Shown: piece after piece, positions 51,173 to 64,000 of the stretch
Layout of the letters: each line of letters begins with the position of its first letter
Numbering within the stretch: the first letter of the stretch is position 1
From: Eledone cirrhosa
Taxonomy: Eukaryota
NCBI GenBank assembly: GCA_964016885.1
Contig: CAXHJY010001022.1
Span: 9,520-73,519 of the forward strand
DNA: 64,000 nt
Direction of reading: 5' to 3'
Notes under the pieces: generated by a model
The model's database searches: none
Seen by the model: the letters and a program-made list of their open reading frames with translations, nothing else
What the model was told of the DNA's origin: nothing
Position numbers and translations under genes: made by a program

Positions 51173-51228
<56 letters not shown>

Positions 51229-51705
51229 AAATAACGAAACGAAATTAAATTTCGTTTCGTTTGTAACTCACTTTTGTATGACTGACGCTTAAACAATTAA
51301 GTTAAAAATGTACATCTACATATGCATACTGAAATACTAGTGTGTATATGAATACACACACGTATACATATGTAGGTGTACCAAGTCTTTCACTGGTCGC
51401 TTTACAGTGAGCGGCCCAGCTATTCTGTATGTAAACACACGGACAAACCGGTTTTTAGAGTCACACTGGTTTTTCGGGGGACACCTTCCCCCTATTCACC
51501 AGAAAGCCAGACAAGGAATATTGAACTAGTTTCGTTGTTGTTACAACTCATCAGCAATATTTACCTATCTACCGGCCTTTCTGGAGAATTGTAAAAGCAC
51601 ATATCGTTATATGCTTTTTCTATGAAAATTAGTAGTGGGCAGACTAATTTGCATAGAGTGTGAGTACGCACCGGTTCAGCGGAGACGATAAAAAACAAAT
51701 AACAT
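50820..51705 (-). repeat. Inverted arm (~2 units) of the 469-bp hammerhead satellite (family 2)
   Basis: Reverse-complement units. HHR cores at 51080-51086 and 51548-51554. Confidence 0.92.
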
Positions 51706-51709
51706 AATA

Positions 51710-54115
51710 ATGTGTGTATTCATATACACACTAGTATTTCAGTATGCATATGTAGATGTACATTTTTAACTTAATTGTTTAAGCGTCAGTCATACAAAAG
51801 TGAGTTACAAACGAAACGAAATTTAATTTCGTTTCGTTATTTGTTTTTTATCGTCTCCGCTGAACCGGTGCGTACTCACACTCTATGCAAATTAGTCTGC
51901 CCACTACTAATTTTCATAGAAAAAGCATATAACGATATGTACTTTTACAATTCTCCAGAAAGGCCGGTAGATAGGTAAATATTGCTGATGAGTTGTAACA
52001 ACAACGAAACTAGGTCAATATTCCTTGTCTGGCTTTCTGGAGAATAGGGGGAAGGTGTTCCCCCGAAAAACCAGTGTGACTCTAAAAACCGGTTTGTCTG
52101 TGTGTTTACATACAGAATAGCTGGGCCGCTCACTGTAAAGCGACCAGTGAAAGACTTGGTACACCTACATATGTATACGTGTGTGTATTCATATACACAC
52201 TAGTATTTCAGTATGCATATGTAGATGTACATTTTTAACTTAATTGTTTAAGCGTCAGTCATACAAAAGTGAGTTACAAACGAAACGAAATTTAATTTCG
52301 TTTCGTTATTTGTTTTTTATCGTCTCCGCTGAACCGGTGCGTACTCACATTCTATGCAAATTAGTCTGCCCACTACTAATTTTCATAGAAAAAGCATATA
52401 ACGATGTGTGCTTTTACAATTCTCCAGAAAGGCCGGTAGATAGGTAAATATTGCTGATGAGTTGTAACAACAACGAAACTAGTTCAATATTCCTTGTCTG
52501 GCTTTCTGGTGAATAGGGGGAAGGTGTTCCCCCGAAAAACCAGTGTGACTCTAAAAACCGGTTTGTCTGTGTGTTTACATACAGAATAGCTGGGCCGCTC
52601 ACTGTAAAGCGACCAGTGAAAGACTTGGTACACCTACATATGTATACGTGTGTGTATTCATATACACACTAGTATTTCAGTATGCATATGTAGATGTACA
52701 TTTTTAACTTAATTGTTTAAGCGTCAGTCATACAAAAGTGAGTTACAAACGAAACGAAATTTAATTTCGTTTCGTTATTTGTTTTTTATCGTCTCCGCTG
52801 AACCGGTGCATACTCACATTCTATTCAAATTAGTCTGCCCACTACTAATTTTCATAGAAAAAGCATATAACGATATGTGCTTTTACAATTCTCCAGAAAG
52901 GCCGGTAGATAGGTAAATATTGCTGATGAGTTGTAACAACAACGAAACTAGTTCAATATTCCTTGTCTGGCTTTCTGGAGAATAGGGCTAAGGTGTTCCC
53001 CCGAAAAAACAGTGTGACTCTAAAAACCGGTTTGTCTGTGTGTTTACATACAGAATAGCTGGGCCGCTCACTGTAAAGCGACCAGTGAAAGACTTGGTAC
53101 ACCTACATATGTATACGTGTGTGTATTCATATACACACTAGTATTTCAGTATGCATATGTAGATGTACATTTTTAACTTAATTGTTTAAGCGTCAGTCAT
53201 ACAAAAGTGAGTTACAAACGAAACGAAATTTAATTTCGTTTCGTTATTTGTTTTTTATCGTCTCCGCTGAACCGGTGCGTACTCACACTCTATGCAAATT
53301 AGTCTGCCCACTACTAATTTTCATAGAAAAAGCATATAACGATATGTGCTTTTACAATTCTCCAGAAAGGCCGGTAGATAGGTAAATATTGCTGATGAGT
53401 TGTAACAACAACGAAACTAGTTCAATATTCCTTGTCTGGCTTTCTGGAGAATAGGGGGAAGGTGTTCCCCCGAAAAACCAATGTGACTCTAAAAACCGGT
53501 TTGTCTGTGTGTTTACATACAGAATAGCTGGGCCGCTCACTGTAAAGCGACCAGTGAAAGACTTGGTACACCTACATATGTATACGTGTGTGTATTCATA
53601 TACACACTAGTATTTCAGTATGCATATGTAGATGTACATTTTTAACTTAATTGTTTAAGCGTCAGTCATACAAAAGTGAGTTACAAACGAAACGAAATTT
53701 AATTTCGTTTCGTTATTTGTTTTTTATCGTCTCCGCTGAACCGGTGCGTACTCACACTCTATGCAAATTAGTCTGCCCACTACTGATTTTCATAGAAAAA
53801 GCATATAACGATATGTGCTTTTACAATTCTCCAGAAAGGCCGGTAGATAGGTAAATATTGCTGATGAGTTGTAACAACAACGAAACTAGTTCAATATTCC
53901 TTGTCTGGCTTTCTGGAGAATAGGGGGAAGGTGTTCCCCCGAAAAACCAGTGTGACTCTAAAAACCGGTTTGTCTGTGTGTTTACATACAGAATAGCTGG
54001 GCCGCTCACTGTAAAGCGACCAGTGAAAGACTTGGTACACCTACATATGTATACGTGTGTGTATTCATATACACACTAGTATTTCAGTATGCATATGTAG
54101 ATGTACATTTTTAAC

Positions 54116-54120
<5 letters not shown>
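51710..54120 (+). repeat. Tandem array of 469-bp hammerhead-containing units (retrozyme-like family 2), ~5.1 units
   Basis: HHR cores at 51985, 52454, 52923, 53392, 53861. First octamer at 51885. Confidence 0.95.
52447..52491 (+). ncRNA. Type I hammerhead ribozyme (representative; also at +469, +938, +1407)
   Basis: aatattg-CTGATGA-gttgt aaca acaac-GAA-actagt-T-caatatt. Stem I is extended by agg/cct and ccagaaag/ctttctgg. Confidence 0.9.
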
Positions 54121-54170
<50 letters not shown>

Positions 54171-54197
54171 ATTATATATAAATATATATATATATAT

Positions 54198-57100
54198 GGG
54201 TATGACATTAAACTACATCCAGTGGCAAGGCTCCAGTTCGGGAGTTCAGGGGATGTGGGGAATGTGGAGTCACCCCTTAGTTGTCATGACTCCCAGGTCT
54301 GCCCTGGCCCGGGGTGGTAGTACCTGTTAGGGCTCCGTTTATGGGTTAAATAACTACCTTATTCGAGTGGCGCCGGTAAGGTATTGTCAGCCATCGAAAA
54401 GAAATATGGAGAGTCGATCTAACAGCACTAGGGTTAGAGCCCCTAATTATACTGTCAAGGACCAGCCTGGTCGTTATGACTCTGCTGGCTTACAGCCACA
54501 GAGAGGGCCAGTGGATGATGGATCAGCTGTCTCTGAGACAAATATAAAGAATGCAGTTTTGTCCTGCAGAAGAGCCATCAAAATGGGCACTTTGAATGTG
54601 AGGACTATTCGAACGCTGGAGAAGAGAGAGGAGTTGGGACATCTGTTCGAAGAGAGTGGTATACAGATACTTGCGATCCAAGAACACAGGATTCTACACG
54701 ATGAGCCCGTGAGGAGTGTGATGATCGGGAGGAAGAGCCAGCTCATCACTACATCGGCATCGAAGAACACAACAAATGCTGCAGTAGGAGGAGTGGGTTT
54801 TGTGTTCAGTGCAAAAACCAATCTGTTGGTGAGGGAAATAATGCCTATCTCCCCGCGAGTGTTGAGGGTGACCTTCAATGGAAACCCAAGACTGACAGTC
54901 ATCTCAGGCTATAGTCCAACCGGGGGGGACAGTGATGTGAATGCCGAGGAGTTACATGAGGCGGTGTGTAGAGCTGTCAACACCACTTAGGCACACAATA
55001 TCCTGCTTGTTTTGGGGGACTTCAATGCACATCTGAGTAAGGAGGGCAGTGAAGATCCTTGCTGGTACTTCCATAACAACACCAACCGAAATGAAAGACT
55101 ACTGAGAGACACCCTGCTGGAGGCGAACTTGATGGCGACCAACCTAAGGTTTAGGAAGAATCTGGGGAAGATGTGGTCCTACATCTCAGATATGCACCTG
55201 TCCATGTCCCAGATTGATTTCATTCTGGTGAGGAAAAAGTGGCGGTATAGTGTTCTGAACACGGAACCATACAGCTATTTCAGTACACTGGGTAGTGACC
55301 ACCGACTTGTTATGAGTGAGGTCCGCGTGAGCTTAAGAAAGAGCAAGGCTCAGCCCCGGAGAACAATCTATGACTGGGGAGCTTTCAAGGAAGATGATAA
55401 GCTACAGGAGATGTTCACAGTGGAAGTGAGAAACAGGTTTAGTGCTCTGTGTGGAGAGTCAGAGGAGAGAGAGATTGGATGGACTGAGGAGAGTGTGACG
55501 AGGAGGTACGGGCACTTCACGAATGCAGTGGCGAAAGCAAGTGAAACCCTGGTGCCGAGGAAAAAGAACAAAGGGAAGCACGTCAGCTCTGCAAACCCAA
55601 AAGTGTGTGCAGCCAGAGAACACCTGAAAGCTGCCAGGGGCCAATTCTATGCTGATCCTACGGAGGAGAGGATGGAAACTGTGGAGGTGATGGGGGAAGA
55701 GCTCTGTACCGCTTACACTGAGATCAGAGATGAGGCACTGATAGAGAAGCTCAGAAGTGTGGAGAGAGCGGTTGACAGATCTGGATGTAAGGAGAGCTGG
55801 ATGATCATCAACGAGATCACAGGGAGGAAGAAAAGGTGTTCGAGTCAGATCCAGGGAACGGGACCCGAGGATAGGAAGAGGAAATAGCTAGACCATTTTA
55901 GGACCCTACTAGGAGAGCCACCCTCCACAGCCCAGAGCATTGGGGAGATCAGGCGGCTGTTTGAGGAACTGGATGTTGAGACAGAGCACTTCACCAGAGA
56001 GGAGCTTCAGAGAGCCAAGAAGAAGATCAAGGAGGGCAAGGCTCATGGAGAGGATGGAGTGGCATCAGATGTGATGAAGAGGTGTGATTTTGATGATATC
56101 ATCCTGGGGTTCTGTAACGGGGCACTGGAGAAAGGAGTTGCCCCGAATCAGTGGAGGATCAGTAACATCGTCCCAGTGCCAAAGAAGGGAGATCTCTCTA
56201 ACACCAAAAACTACCGGGGGATCTCACTGACGTCACTTGTGGCAAAGACCCTCAACAGGATGATTCTTAACAGGATCCAGCCTGAGATGGAGAAGAAGCT
56301 CAGGGACAACCAGAACGGCTTCAGAGAGGGTAGATCAACCACCAGTCACATCCTGATGCTGAGGAGGATATTAGAGGGAGCTAGAGCAAAGTGCCTTCCT
56401 GCGGTCATGGTTTTCATTGACTTTAGGAAGGCCTTTAATTCTGTGGACCGTTACTGTCTGATGAAGATGTTACAGGCTTATGGAATCCCCAAGAAGATAG
56501 TGGACCTAATATCACTGCTCTACACCAACACCAAAGCCCAAGTCATTACAGCTGATAGGATGACAGAGTTCTTTGAGATACTGGCTGGATTGCTCCAAGG
56601 AGATGCATTGGCTCCCTACCTTTTTATCATTGTAGTGGACTATTGTATGCGCCTTGCACTGGAGAAACACCAGGACTCTGGCTTTACTGTAGCACCGGCT
56701 CAGAACAGGAGAGTTAGGGCGAAAAAGGTATCGGATGCTGAATTTGCCGACGACATAGTTTTGGTGACAAATACAGAGAAGGAGGCAGAGGATTTGATGC
56801 GGGAGGATGAGACTGTGTCGATGAGTGTGGGGCTGAGAATGAATGAGACAAAAACAAAATATCTGGTAGAGAATGTTGAGAAGCCAGAGGGGATCACTAC
56901 TGTAGGCGGGAAGCCGCTGGAATTGGTTGAGGACTTCCTGTATTTGGGAGCAAAGATTGGGAATACGGAAGATGATGTGGTTGAGAGGAAGAGCAAGGCC
57001 AGGGCGGCGTGTCACAGCTTGAGATCGGTGTGGAAGTCGGACCTTCGTAGAGACCTGAAAATCCGCCTCTTCATTGCTGTAGTGGAGTCTGTGCTGCTGT

Positions 57101-57510
57101 ATGGGTCTGAGACTTGGACACTGACCAAGACACTCACTCAGATGGTGGATGGGTGCTACACGAGAATGCTGAGGATGGCTCTGAACATTAATCAGTATAC
57201 ACTGAGGATGAAAAACTCAGAGCTGTATGGGAGCATCCCAAAAGTCAGCTCAAAAGTGACACAGAGGAGACTGAGGTTGGCTGGACATGCACACCGACAT
57301 CCAGAGTTGAGATTGCACTCAGTGCTCCTTTGGGAGCCCCTACATGGACACACTAGAAGAGGACGACCAAGGTTAACATATGTTGATGCCCTAAGGACAG
57401 ACACTGGTCTGTTGGAGATGCAGGATATGGCAGCGATAATGAGGGACAGAGACCGCTGGAGAGAAATCGTCCATGGATCTCGGGAATTTTACCCGCCTTA
57501 GATAGATTAG

Positions 57511-57512
<2 letters not shown>
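54198..57512 (+). mobile_element. Full-length RTE-type non-LTR retrotransposon
   Basis: Short 5' UTR, single APE-RT frame, tagatagattagat tail, (TA)n flanks. Confidence 0.9.
54367..57501 (+). pseudogene. APE endonuclease-RT ORF with two in-frame TAG stops
   Basis: GTLNVRT, IQEHR, GDFNAH, IDFIL, SDH, NYRGISL, QNGFR, FIDFRKAF, QGD, FADD. The three ORF pieces share one frame, with stops at 54988 and 55885. Confidence 0.93.
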
Positions 57513-57566
<54 letters not shown>

Positions 57567-57710
57567 ATATATTTACACATATATATATTTATATATATAT
57601 ATATATTTACGCATATATATATTTATATATATATATATATTTACACATATATATATTTATATATATATATATATATTTACACATATATATATTTATATAT
57701 ATATATATTT

Positions 57711-57802
<92 letters not shown>

Positions 57803-57899
57803 ATATAACGAAGGAAATGTGGTAAGGAACCAGGTGGACCATAACGCACCAAAGTACTCAATACTTGAGGTAGTAGAGTGGGTAATAGGAACCAGTAAG

Positions 57900-57993
57900 A
57901 CCCCGACAGCTGAGCTCAAGCCGTTTCGACGGCTAATTCTGGACTAAATGAAAATTTATCCAGGTATTTAAATAGCCGATCTTCTCAAGGGGT
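57900..57993 (-). ncRNA. Hammerhead with U3-A8 core variant and long stem II (family A)
   Basis: acccc-TTGAGAA-gatcggcta...tagccgtc-GAA-acggct tgagctc agctgt-C-ggggt. Homologues at 2702-2797 (-) and 6675-6770 (+). Confidence 0.72.
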
Positions 57994-59099
57994 AATTCCA
58001 TATATGGTCAAAGTGATTGTCAAAAATCAGTAGTAATTCTGTGGTTGCAAATTAGTAGGGGAGACGGTGGCTAAACCTGCCAGTAGGAGAAAGAGGGGAG
58101 GGGGTGGAGTAGACCCAATCAAGCGTTGGTAGTGCCAGCTACAGCTGGGCATGAGGTCAAAGAAGATACAGGGGAGGGGGAGGGGGAGGAAGTCGGAACG
58201 GTAGTTAGAACAATGGGGGGTAGAAATGGGAAAGAAAAAAAAAATACTGAGAGTGAAGAAAAGCAAATAAGTGTAAAGAAAAAAGTAAAGTAAATTAAAT
58301 ACTACGACCTAGGTCTCAGGCTATTGTTAGGCAGAATAAAATAAAGAAAGAAAGAAAGAAGTAAATAAATAAATAAATAACGAAATAACGAAATAAGTAA
58401 AAGAACTAGGTGGGACGAAATAGGCAAGGACCCTTTTAAGAGGTATAAGTACGTAAATGATACGGTGACGGGTCAACAAAAGGGGCCAAAATACTAAAGA
58501 GACTACCACGAAATAAACAATAAAGGTTTCCATCCCGGGCCAGCAACGACCCAGTGCAGCAAAGTGAACTTGTACGAGATAATAATTCTGAGTACCGAGA
58601 AAAATATATACTAATGCTAACTCTAAAAGATCTAAAACAAGCTACATGAAAGTTCGTACGAAATAAAGGTAGAATACGGAGAAATAAATTCAGAATCCAC
58701 CCCGCCCAGAAGAAAAGCGAAGCAAGAAATACTGAAACGAAAAAATAAGGCATAAGTGCCACTAAGAAATATAGAGGGCACAGAGAATAGTGGGAGCGGT
58801 CGGAAAAAGGGGGCAAGTATCCGGGGTCTAAGCCAACTGCTATAAAGGGCGGAGTCCGCCAAATCTATCATAGACTAGGGGAGGGGGTGGTGGGGGTACT
58901 AAGGCTACATGGGGCCAAAGGGCAGCCTCGGGTGGGCGAGAAAAGACGCCGACAAAGGAGAAGAGGTGGGGTAGAAGGACTAAGGAGAGAGGGGGGAAGG
59001 AAATAAAAGAAGCGATAAAAGAATACAAAGAAGATCTTACTTCTTCCTTGGCAAGCAGGGGTTACCCATTGCAAAATCGGCAAGTGGGGTGTTATAGCC

Positions 59100-60931
59100 C
59101 TAGTCTACCCCCCCCCCCCCCCCCGGGTCATTATGGGGTTTGAGGGCGAGGTAAGTCCTACGCAATCTATGTTTACATGCAGTGACCAGTTCATCTTTCT
59201 TGTTTAGGAGTTGGTCCGTCGAAACCAGCATTGGTAAAGTTTCCTCCGAGCATAAATTGCACGGACGGCGTCCTCCCGTGTAAGAATTGGCTCTGGACAG
59301 TAATCTCCAAGTGAGATCATAGGTGATGTTGTTGTCCTTGAGGTCCCATATGTGGCCCGAAAGTGTAGTGGCGTGACGCCGGGCCGGGTTTCGGAAGGTA
59401 TGTCTATGTTGGTATAGCCGGGTCTTGAAGTCACATGCGGTAAGTCCTATATAGGCTTTGTTGGAGGTATCCGTCCTCACGTTGCACTGGTGGATCACAT
59501 TACGGTCTCTGCATCTATTGTCGAGTGGGCAAATAGAACTATCCGGGCAGTTACACCTCCTGGTCGGTTCTCCACTGCTATTTAGGTTATTTCTGCCATC
59601 GGGGTTGAGTTTTTTGTTGTTAGAGGAGACGATGTTTTGTGCGAAGTTTGGTGTAGTGCTGTAAGAGAGTTTGATGGTATTTTTGTTAATTATGTTGTGG
59701 TAGCGGTGTTGTAATGGGAAGTGTTTTTCAATGAGCCTAAAGAATAGTTTCCCGATGGGAGTTGTCACCTCTGCGTTGTGGGGAGGATTGAACCATGTTA
59801 CATTGCGTGAGCGGCGGTGTCTACTGCTGGTTCCGCTAATGGGAGCTGGACAGTAGGATATTTCCTCCCGGAAACCACCCCGCTTGAGGGCCTGGTTGTA
59901 ATAAGGCGCATGTTCATCGAATATCCGCTCATTAGCTGACAAACGGGATATGTGGAGGGAGATGTTTTTGACCAGGTTGTTTGTGATGTTCCTAGGATGG
60001 TTTGATCGGCGGTGGATGTAGTGCATATTGTCATTAGGTTTCCTGTATGGGTAGTACAGGTCGTTTTCGAGGTCGAGGGTCACGTCCAGGAAGTTTACTC
60101 GGGTCAGGGACGTTTGTAGGGTTATTTTAAATCCCCAGTCGCGGAAGAATCTGATTAATTGTTTCCGGACACGATCTGTACTACTGGGGTTGTACCCTTT
60201 AAGGGTAAGGAGCCCATCATCACGGTACAATCCACCACCGAATGCAGGAAACATATCAGTGAGTTTGGCTATTAGGAATAATCCTATAAGATCTGTGACC
60301 TCCGCCGAATCCGTGGCGCCCATGCTGACGTCGAAGGGTGAGTCGGGAGCTCTTTTTATCCATTTAGAGTCGTCAAAGAGTAATACTGTCTTCCTGGCGT
60401 GGAGGATGATTTTTCTTTCCTGGTCGGTGATGGGCACAAGTGTTTCGGCGAAGTCCAAGGCGGCAGTAAGTAGCGGTAAGGTGATTGAAGCATAGTAGCT
60501 CTCTATGTCGAACTGTATGAATTTAGTTTCTCGTTTATCCTCCATATTGCTGAACCAGGAGATTACTTCCTGGGTGTTGACCATAGGCTAAGTCGGGTGT
60601 GTTGCTTGACTTTTGGTATCACGCGGTCTAGGATTTTTTTGCTGATTCTCCCTATGTCGGACTTCGTTGGGTTAATAAGCCTGATAGAGGGTTTACGGTC
60701 AAAATCGGATTTATGGTCCTTCAGTGTGAAGTATGGTGTCCGTGGGTCTAGAGGTTCCGTGCGGTCGGCGACCCCGAGGCTGGAGGTGATTTGTTGTCCA
60801 TCTCGATTTATGTCCTCGATGCAAGAGTGGTTGGCCTTTTTATAGGTGGAGTTTAGGCTGCTCCTGATCAGTGTGTGGTATCTGTCAGGGTTGACAAAGT
60901 ATAGGTTCCCAGTTTTATCCGAATGCACCAT
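59100..60931 (-). pseudogene. PLE RT-GIY-YIG ORF, 1-nt frameshift at ~60582, N-terminus missing
   Basis: SDKT, LYRDDG, CNCPDSSICPLDNRC, AYIGLT, CNLCSEE, CKH. Copy 1 has GGG where this copy has GG. Confidence 0.92.
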
Positions 60932-60939
60932 GATGTCAT

Positions 60940-62220
60940 TTGTGTTATCATACTCTGTTAAGTTGCATCGGCGTCAGCATAGCTGGTGATGTTGCCAACC
61001 TTTTCATGGTATGGTGGGAAAGGAGACTTAAATATCTCCTTAATGAAAGCTCCATAGACCTCATCATGTACTCTCGTTATGTAGACGATATCAATATAGT
61101 TATAAGAACACCCCCACTAGAGAGCACTAACAAGTTTGATTTAGAACGTAGCACGATGGAAAGCATCCAGCAGATAGCTAATTCCATACACCAGAGTATA
61201 ACTGTAACTATCGACTTCCCTTCCAAACACCCTAACAATAGACTACCTGTATTAGACACAGAACTCCGGATTAACACTATAGACGAGAGAGCCCAAATTC
61301 TCCACTCACACTATGCTAAACCCATGGCCTCCAAATACCTGATACTCAAAAACTTAGCAATGTCCAGTAGTGCTAATTTTAATATTCTGATCGCAGATTT
61401 GGTAGAGTGATGAAGAATGTGTCCAGCATGTGCGACCCAACAGAAATGGAAAGACACATCCAACACTTTATCAACTGCATGCAGTTCTCTGGCTACAACC
61501 AAAGAGACAGAGTCAGAGTATACGAAGGAGCCATGGTAAAGTATAAGACCCTCATAGAACTGGACATGAAAGGAATTTGCCCATTATACAGGAGCAAATC
61601 ATGGAATAGCTTAGATAGGGCTAGACATAAGATAGGGAAGGCCACATCATTGTACGACAACCAGAGATATCAGTGTCATGTTTGTGGACGCCACCCCTGG
61701 AGGGAAATTAGCTAACCAGTGTAGAAAGGCCCTCAGAAAGACCCACTTAAAAATAAAGGTGGTATAAAAGCCAGGAACCAGCATAAAATCCCTGATCAGC
61801 AAAACCTACTCTTTTAAGAAAACACACTGTACCAATAGAAAATGTATCATATGTAAGGTGAACCCCCGGATAAACTGTAAAACTAGAAACGTAGTCTATA
61901 GCATAAGATGTACAGAGGGTACTTGCAGAAACATGACAACAACATACATAGGTGAGACAGCTCGTAGCATAGGTGAAAGGATAGACCAACACTGGGGGGA
62001 ACTAAAAGGACGAAAAAACAGGTCAGTACTATACGAACATGCTAGACTACAACATGACGGTAACATAGACAACATAGAAATTAGAAAATATCTAAACATA
62101 GGAATGACCCAGCAGATAGGCAAATCAGAGAGGCCAGTGAAATAGAAATTAGAAGACCAAAGCTAAACAGAAAGAATGAGTGGAACAACAACAACACCCA
62201 AACAAACAACACTGACCTAA
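60940..62220 (+). pseudogene. Non-Naiad (Neptune-like) PLE RT/GIY-YIG remnant
   Basis: GVSIAGDVANLFM, YSRYVDD, LPVLD, NCKTRNVVYSIRC, TYIGETARSIGERIDQH. Frameshifted. Clade assignment is tentative. Confidence 0.8.
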
Positions 62221-62754
62221 GAGAAGTATAAATAAGTAAATAAAATTAAATAAAATAAGATAAATAAATACATACACAAGCACAATAACAACAAGCACAT
62301 AAACACACACTAGTCACCCAGCACACACAACACTATACACACTAGTCACACAGCAAACATAACACTATACACACAATCAAACGCATGCGCAAAGAAGACA
62401 AAATAAAATAAACAAACAAGCAAATAAATAAATAAATATATAGACAGACTGAATAAAAATGGCGTAGACATACAACACAACAGGAGGAAAAAATATAACA
62501 CCACTGACGATGTTGCTGATGTGCAACGAAAGATTTATGTAAATTATGTAAACTATATATATGTGTTTGTGTCTATATTGTATCTGTATTATTTTTGTCC
62601 GTCGGTCAGTCAATGGCAACATTGAGGACCGAGTATGTTAGATCGCAGATATAAAAGACAGCGAGAAGCGAAAACCAACCAAACAGTGAGTGTGTTCTGT
62701 TATTAATTCTGGCAATATTACACAAATATGACCCCCCTCCCCACGAAGTATAAC

Positions 62755-64000
<1,246 letters not shown>

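Larger units (their letters stand above)
57806..60940 (-). mobile_element. Naiad-type PLE family A, copy 2, 5'-truncated
   Basis: Same 3' end as 2609 (aacgaaggaaatgtgg after (TA)n). ORFs 59100-60584 and 60563-60931. Confidence 0.92.

Noticed and set aside
51775-54009. Repeated 67-aa and 62-aa ORFs
   Set aside because: By-products of the 469-bp repeat. They are not conserved in the homologous 442-bp family, whereas RNA structure is.
54988-55887. Programmed readthrough of two TAG codons in the RTE ORF
   Set aside because: Simpler as point mutations from CAG/TGG. A single copy cannot support recoding.

Overview
This is AT-rich eukaryotic repeat DNA, probably invertebrate. The tRNA-derived SINE resembles ones I associate with octopod cephalopods, but that is an inference. 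No host gene is recognisable, and almost all ORF-track entries are translations of (TA)n/(TG)n microsatellites. The window is a nest of retroelements inserted into (TA)n tracts: at least six families of Naiad-type Penelope-like elements (PLEs, RT plus C-terminal GIY-YIG), one non-Naiad PLE, one full-length RTE-type LINE, SINEs, a non-autonomous Helitron and a MITE. By eye I find roughly 30-35 type I hammerhead ribozyme (HHR) motifs, counting degenerate ones. Most lie in PLE pseudo-LTRs, and several have greatly expanded stem II domains. The most notable signal is two homologous but diverged non-coding tandem arrays, with 442-bp units at ~14.3-16.9 kb (another copy at 1-407) and 469-bp units at ~50.8-54.1 kb. 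Each unit carries an HHR with a palindromic ACUAGU stem III, downstream of a conserved ATGCAAAT...TAATTTTCATA...ATATA module. Both arrays sit in (TA)n and have PLE-style 5' inversions and fixed 3' ends. They are candidate retrozyme/circRNA satellites mobilised by neighbouring PLEs. All folds and coordinates were read manually.
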